The notes under the pieces are model-generated. The model did no database searches and was not told where the DNA came from. It worked only from the letters and a program-made list of their open reading frames with translations. 52,154 bases of DNA, taken from NCBI GenBank assembly GCA_035480615.1, contig DATIHO010000068.1, positions 1 to 52,154 on the forward strand, written 5' to 3'. How positions within the stretch are numbered: position 1 is the stretch's first letter; every line of letters begins with the position of its first letter. The translations under genes and the position numbers were made by a program. The stretch is from Chlamydiales bacterium. Lineage in GTDB: Bacteria; Chlamydiota; Chlamydiia; Chlamydiales; SM23-39. Shown here piece by piece: positions 47,930-52,154 of the stretch.

Positions 47930-48841
47930 TTAGACAGCGAGATATGTTACGTTCTTATTAGCCAGGAATTCAAGTGGTTTAAATGGCATTGTTTCACTGT
48001 AAAGTTTTCTTGAAACGCCAAAAACTGTCGATGCAAGCGAAAGAGCCGCTAAAGCAATACCCGGGACGACTGCCACGCCTGTTGCCAACAATAATATCCC
48101 AAAAAATCCCGAAACACATGAAACTATATCCTTGGCCATCGATAAAAGGTTGTAATACTTTGTTTGATTCACAGTATCTTTGATTGCATGGGTTGCACCT
48201 GTAAGATCGATGGAGCTGGCGCGTGCATAATTTTCTGCATTGATTTTTAAACTCACAAGGTCATTGGAAAAGGTGGATACACTCCCAACGTTTATACAAG
48301 TCGCGCATAATTTATCCGTATTTAAAAAAAGGCTGGCCACATTTGACATGCTGTATGCGTACATTGCAATTGCATCGCTCACTTCACGAAATGCTGTCTC
48401 CACTTTGAATTGAATTTGCTGCGGAAGCAGTGTGTTGCTTTGCAGGGCAGCTTGAGCGTCTTGAACAGCGCTAATGACCCCAGGAGTCATTTCAATTGTG
48501 CGGGGAATCGTGGCAAGCCAATTCCAGGCCATTCGTGATTGTTGTGCACAAACGTCCAAAGGCTTCAGGCGAGGAAGCCCCATCTCTTGCCGAGCCAGAT
48601 TCACAAATTTTGGCACTCTTTCCGACAGCTGTCCAACACGAAACAAACCTTCGGCCGATCGAAGATAGCGCAAAGCGGCTTCCCCTAAACTATGGTAAGC
48701 CCGACTTTTCCCGGACAGTTCGATTTTCCAATCATGATTTTCTACCAATGTCACTTTTTTTCTTCCAAACGATTGAACTTCAGGTTCATACGAAAACCCC
48801 CGGAAGCGATGATTTGTGTGGAATTGTACAGTTGATGCCAT
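47930..48841 (-). CDS. Hypothetical protein with C-terminal hydrophobic hairpin (Inc/Cap1-like)
   Basis: 303 aa, GGGGGA SD, long hydrophobic C-terminal segment. Confidence 0.75.
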   Translation of the reverse strand: MASTVQFHTNHRFRGFSYEPEVQSFGRKKVTLVENHDWKIELSGKSRAYHSLGEAALRYLRSAEGLFRVGQLSERVPKFVNLARQEMGLPRLKPLDVCAQQSRMAWNWLATIPRTIEMTPGVISAVQDAQAALQSNTLLPQQIQFKVETAFREVSDAIAMYAYSMSNVASLFLNTDKLCATCINVGSVSTFSNDLVSLKINAENYARASSIDLTGATHAIKDTVNQTKYYNLLSMAKDIVSCVSGFFGILLLATGVAVVPGIALAALSLASTVFGVSRKLYSETMPFKPLEFLANKNVTYLAV

Positions 48842-48876
48842 GATTCCCCCTTTTGTTTATTAAGGCACTGCAAATA

Positions 48877-51800
48877 TTAGGATAATGATTGATTTATGTA
48901 AAGTTTGTATTTTTTTTTAATTTCCCGCCATTTTTTCACCATTTGGACGGCAAGCGGAGCCGCCTCTTTCCCCGCATCCCCAAAACGAAGGAACACGATG
49001 ACTACCAACTCCGGATGATCGTAACGAATTTTTGAAGGTAAAAACGCAATGGTTCCAAACCACGTGTGTTTCACTATGTGCGCCTTGCCCGAAGGATTCA
49101 CATCCGGACGGTACAGGATTTCCGCCGAGCTTGTTTTTCCAATGACCTGGTGGCGAAAAGCAAGATGCTCGGCAAGCAATTCGCGACTTGAACGGAGCAA
49201 ACGGATGATTTCAGGCCGCGCAGTCCCTTTTGGACTCCACATGACCCGATCCATCCCCTCAAATAGCTGAGATCGGATCGAAGCCGAAAAAGGAATCGTC
49301 CGGATCACAACGCTTGGCAACACACCGGTTTCTTCTACAGGGCGCTTTGTTTCAACGCCCGTAAAAAGAGAAAAAGGGATACCGAGTGTTTTGAGTTCTT
49401 TTTCTACAAACCCATTTTTCACATCGAAAGCTGAAAGCATTTTTCGATCGGGAGAAAGGCCGGAAAAGCGGATGGCGATTTTTGGCTTTTTTACTTTTCC
49501 TCCATCGGCAAGCGCACTGAGCATAATACCCGTTTGCAAAGGTGTACTAAGAAGGGTGTGCTGCCCAAATGCAAATGAATAAAGACTTGTCCGGTTCGTC
49601 TTCAAATCATTGGGAAGAAGCCCCGCGTTTTCTCCTGGCAAATCAAGCCCTGTTTTTGTGCCATATCCTAATTGTAAAGCCGCTTTTTTGAGATCTTCAG
49701 GATCGGATAGATAATCTCCCGCGAGAATCGAAAAATAAGGGTTGCTCGTCTGTTCTAAAGCTCCTGCGATGTCGATTCGCCCAATTTGCAAAATGCTGCT
49801 TCGAGGCAATCGACCCCCTTTATACATCCGAGGATAAAAAGTATCGTTTGCCGCATAAGCCACGATTTTGCGATCTTTTGATGCATCATCAATGATCCAT
49901 GGACAGTGCCCCTGCCTTAATCCTTCGTAAGCAGTAACAAGCTTAAAAAGAGATCCTTGCGGAGCGCTTGTTTGAAACGCATAAGAGCGAAGATAGCCAA
50001 ACCCCTCTTTTGGATAAAAAGAGGCTGCCAGATCTTTTTCGGTGCGGATTTTTTGAAATGGACCTAAAAGAGGTCTATCGAGCTCCTGAAAAGAGCGGAA
50101 TGTGTGAAAAAATTCTTCCGCAAGATCGATCGAGAGATCTTTAACCGCGGCAAGAAGTTTTGGCTCGTTTGCGATTTTTTCTCTTAAAATTTGCCATTTT
50201 TTTGCACTCCACCATTCAGAGAATAGCTCCTTTGCCTTTTGATCCAGATAATCAAGATAAGGCCGCGCATATCTTTTTCTCTCTTTTTCCTCTCTTCTTT
50301 TTTCTTCTAAAAATGTTTTTTGATGCATTTGGCGCCAAATGCAGAATTCCTGGGCCTTAAAGCGGGCGAATTCCTCTTCTTTCACTTTGGCTTGCAGCTT
50401 TAAAAATAGGGCGCTTAACTCTCGGTAAGTCTTCAGTTTCATTGAACCTATTTTGGCAATCAATGCATCACTGAAACGGGTGCTGTCGATGCAAACGCGG
50501 CAAAGATCGATGGCAAATAGTTTATCTGAGTGTGCAGGAATTGCCTCAAGAAAGGCCTCCAGGCGTTTAACAGATTGCGCTCCTTCTGCGTCGATCCCCT
50601 TTGGCTGCGATCCAAACAGCTCTTTCAGAACGCGAAGAGGATCGGAAATTTTTGAAAAATATCGCACTGTTTCAAAATCTTCCTGCACCTGAATAGCATT
50701 TTTGATGCAATCGCATTTTTGAAAAAAAGAGCGCAAAGGCCCTTCTTTGGGCAAGGTGAAATCAAGATACTCTTCCCAACCAACAGCGAGTTCCTCTTCG
50801 CGCAACTCTTTATCGAATCGTTCCCTGACAAGCGCTGCGACGCCATCCCAAATGGCACCTAGATATGTCTCGCTTTCCAACCAGCGGCTCAGCTGAAGAC
50901 TGGAAGAGGGACGGATGAAATCATTGGGATTGAAGCGGGGCAAACTCGCAAGGGCGAGCACTTCTCCATTATTTGGGTCGATCGCGACAATGGCCCCTCC
51001 TTTAATCCAAGGTTGTCTCAGTGGTTTTCGCTTTTTATCAATCGGATCGACCCAATAACTTCTTCCATCGCGCACCTTTTCATTGGCGATTAAGAGCTCT
51101 TCAGCAAATTGTTGCAGTTCCGCGGAAATGGAAAGGACCACCTGATTGCCGGGAACCGGCGGCTTACTTCCGGCTCTTTCTCGGACAGAACGTCCCTTTT
51201 GATCTACTTCAAATATTTTTTTCCCATAAAACCCACGCAATTGTTCCTCAAATTGGGCTTCGATCCCGCTATTTCCGACAAAGTCGCTCAGAGTATATGC
51301 TTTTTCCTTTAGCTCCCTAAGCCTGATGCAGGCCGCTTCGAATGTCCCACATCCCTTGGGAAGAGAGCTGGCCATTCCCTGTTCATAGGCAAGGACGGAT
51401 TCTTGCAAAATCGACAACTCCTCCGCAATGCGGTCGTATTTTTGTTGGCTGATTACGCCCATTGTGCCGAGAATGTGACAGGCTGTCTTATTCATTGGAT
51501 AGAATCGCTCGGAACCAATTTCGGCATGCAAACCAGGCCAATCTTTTTCAAGTCCCTTGAGTCGATAATATTGTTTTTCCGTGAGTTTCGCTCGAAGCAG
51601 ATAAGGGGCATGGGGAAAGAGAGATGCTTTTGAGAGAATCAGATCTTCGATCCGCCCCGGGGATTCTTCCAAAATAGCTCCTAACATTTGGGAAAAAGAT
51701 TTGATGTACTCTTTCCTTGGGAAAACCCGGACGCGTTTGCCGTCTGGGCCGCCCTTATATTGCGATGAAGGAATTTGGGAAATCTGACCGTAATAGATTA

Positions 51801-52020
51801 CAGCGTTATAACAAATCCGGTTGATGGCAAGAGGAATGCCGAAACGATCGCAAACCGTCCCTCGATTGGCCCGCTGAAGGATTGTCCGCGACTGAGGTTT
51901 TTGCGCCTCGATCAATTTGACCTCTTTTTGGATAACTGCCAAATGAAAAGAGCGAAAACAGATCGCGAGACAGGCAGCAAAAATAATAGCTAAAATTTGA
52001 TTCATCCGATTCGAATGCAT
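48877..52020 (-). CDS. pbp2: Chlamydial-type large penicillin-binding protein 2
   Basis: RGT.CDRFG, ERFYP, GGAIVAIDP.NGEVLALAS, GSLFK, TSNPYF, GKTS. Confidence 0.93.
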   Translation of the reverse strand: MHSNRMNQILAIIFAACLAICFRSFHLAVIQKEVKLIEAQKPQSRTILQRANRGTVCDRFGIPLAINRICYNAVIYYGQISQIPSSQYKGGPDGKRVRVFPRKEYIKSFSQMLGAILEESPGRIEDLILSKASLFPHAPYLLRAKLTEKQYYRLKGLEKDWPGLHAEIGSERFYPMNKTACHILGTMGVISQQKYDRIAEELSILQESVLAYEQGMASSLPKGCGTFEAACIRLRELKEKAYTLSDFVGNSGIEAQFEEQLRGFYGKKIFEVDQKGRSVRERAGSKPPVPGNQVVLSISAELQQFAEELLIANEKVRDGRSYWVDPIDKKRKPLRQPWIKGGAIVAIDPNNGEVLALASLPRFNPNDFIRPSSSLQLSRWLESETYLGAIWDGVAALVRERFDKELREEELAVGWEEYLDFTLPKEGPLRSFFQKCDCIKNAIQVQEDFETVRYFSKISDPLRVLKELFGSQPKGIDAEGAQSVKRLEAFLEAIPAHSDKLFAIDLCRVCIDSTRFSDALIAKIGSMKLKTYRELSALFLKLQAKVKEEEFARFKAQEFCIWRQMHQKTFLEEKRREEKERKRYARPYLDYLDQKAKELFSEWWSAKKWQILREKIANEPKLLAAVKDLSIDLAEEFFHTFRSFQELDRPLLGPFQKIRTEKDLAASFYPKEGFGYLRSYAFQTSAPQGSLFKLVTAYEGLRQGHCPWIIDDASKDRKIVAYAANDTFYPRMYKGGRLPRSSILQIGRIDIAGALEQTSNPYFSILAGDYLSDPEDLKKAALQLGYGTKTGLDLPGENAGLLPNDLKTNRTSLYSFAFGQHTLLSTPLQTGIMLSALADGGKVKKPKIAIRFSGLSPDRKMLSAFDVKNGFVEKELKTLGIPFSLFTGVETKRPVEETGVLPSVVIRTIPFSASIRSQLFEGMDRVMWSPKGTARPEIIRLLRSSRELLAEHLAFRHQVIGKTSSAEILYRPDVNPSGKAHIVKHTWFGTIAFLPSKIRYDHPELVVIVFLRFGDAGKEAAPLAVQMVKKWREIKKKYKLYINQSLS

Positions 52021-52067
52021 GGCGCAATTAGATACTAAATTATATAAAATTACCACTTCCTGCCTCA

Positions 52068-52154
52068 GAGACTGTTGACGGATTTCGGCTTCGTCGATTT
52101 TGGGGATTATTTTGACCGATTTTCGGGATTATTTTGGCCGATTTTCGATCAAAA
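52068..52154. repeat. Left part of a GAGACTGT-type element, cut by the window edge
   Basis: TCA|GAGACTGTTGACGGATTTCGGCTTCGTCG...; internal 22-bp tandem duplication at 52104-52147. Confidence 0.85.

Overview
Chromosomal segment of an environmental Chlamydiae bacterium. The assignment rests on a GrgA homologue next to gapA-rplQ, an rplC-to-rplQ ribosomal cluster without rpsJ/rpsN/rpmD/rpsD, Asp-type MurA, a ~1050-aa PBP2 and chlamydial-type YhhQ/TGT. Positions 0.6-25 kb hold mostly housekeeping and metabolic genes: a SAM-transporter-like EamA, yhhQ-tgt, mdh-gltA-pip, two GT2 genes, phnP-hflX, an MNT-HEPN pair, a dnaQ-like gene, ldh, argS, epmB, murA, ispF and psd. Positions 25-32.5 kb form a decaying accessory region ending at tRNA-Leu(TAA). 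Positions 32.8-52 kb hold grgA, gapA, the ribosomal cluster and pbp2. The most striking signal is non-coding: many of the larger intergenic gaps carry palindromic elements of ~140-170 bp or collapsed micro-versions of 23-30 bp. They use three terminus types (GAGACTGT/GAAGCTGT/GAGGC with TNA flanks, AACCTGA, and ERIC-like TATACCC), partly share one core hairpin, form chimeras and nest inside each other. They also edit genes: one interrupts a SnoaL gene, one marks a large deletion in a DUF1016 gene, and one end overlaps a start codon. No transposase is present in the window. All family assignments come from motif recognition, not database searches.
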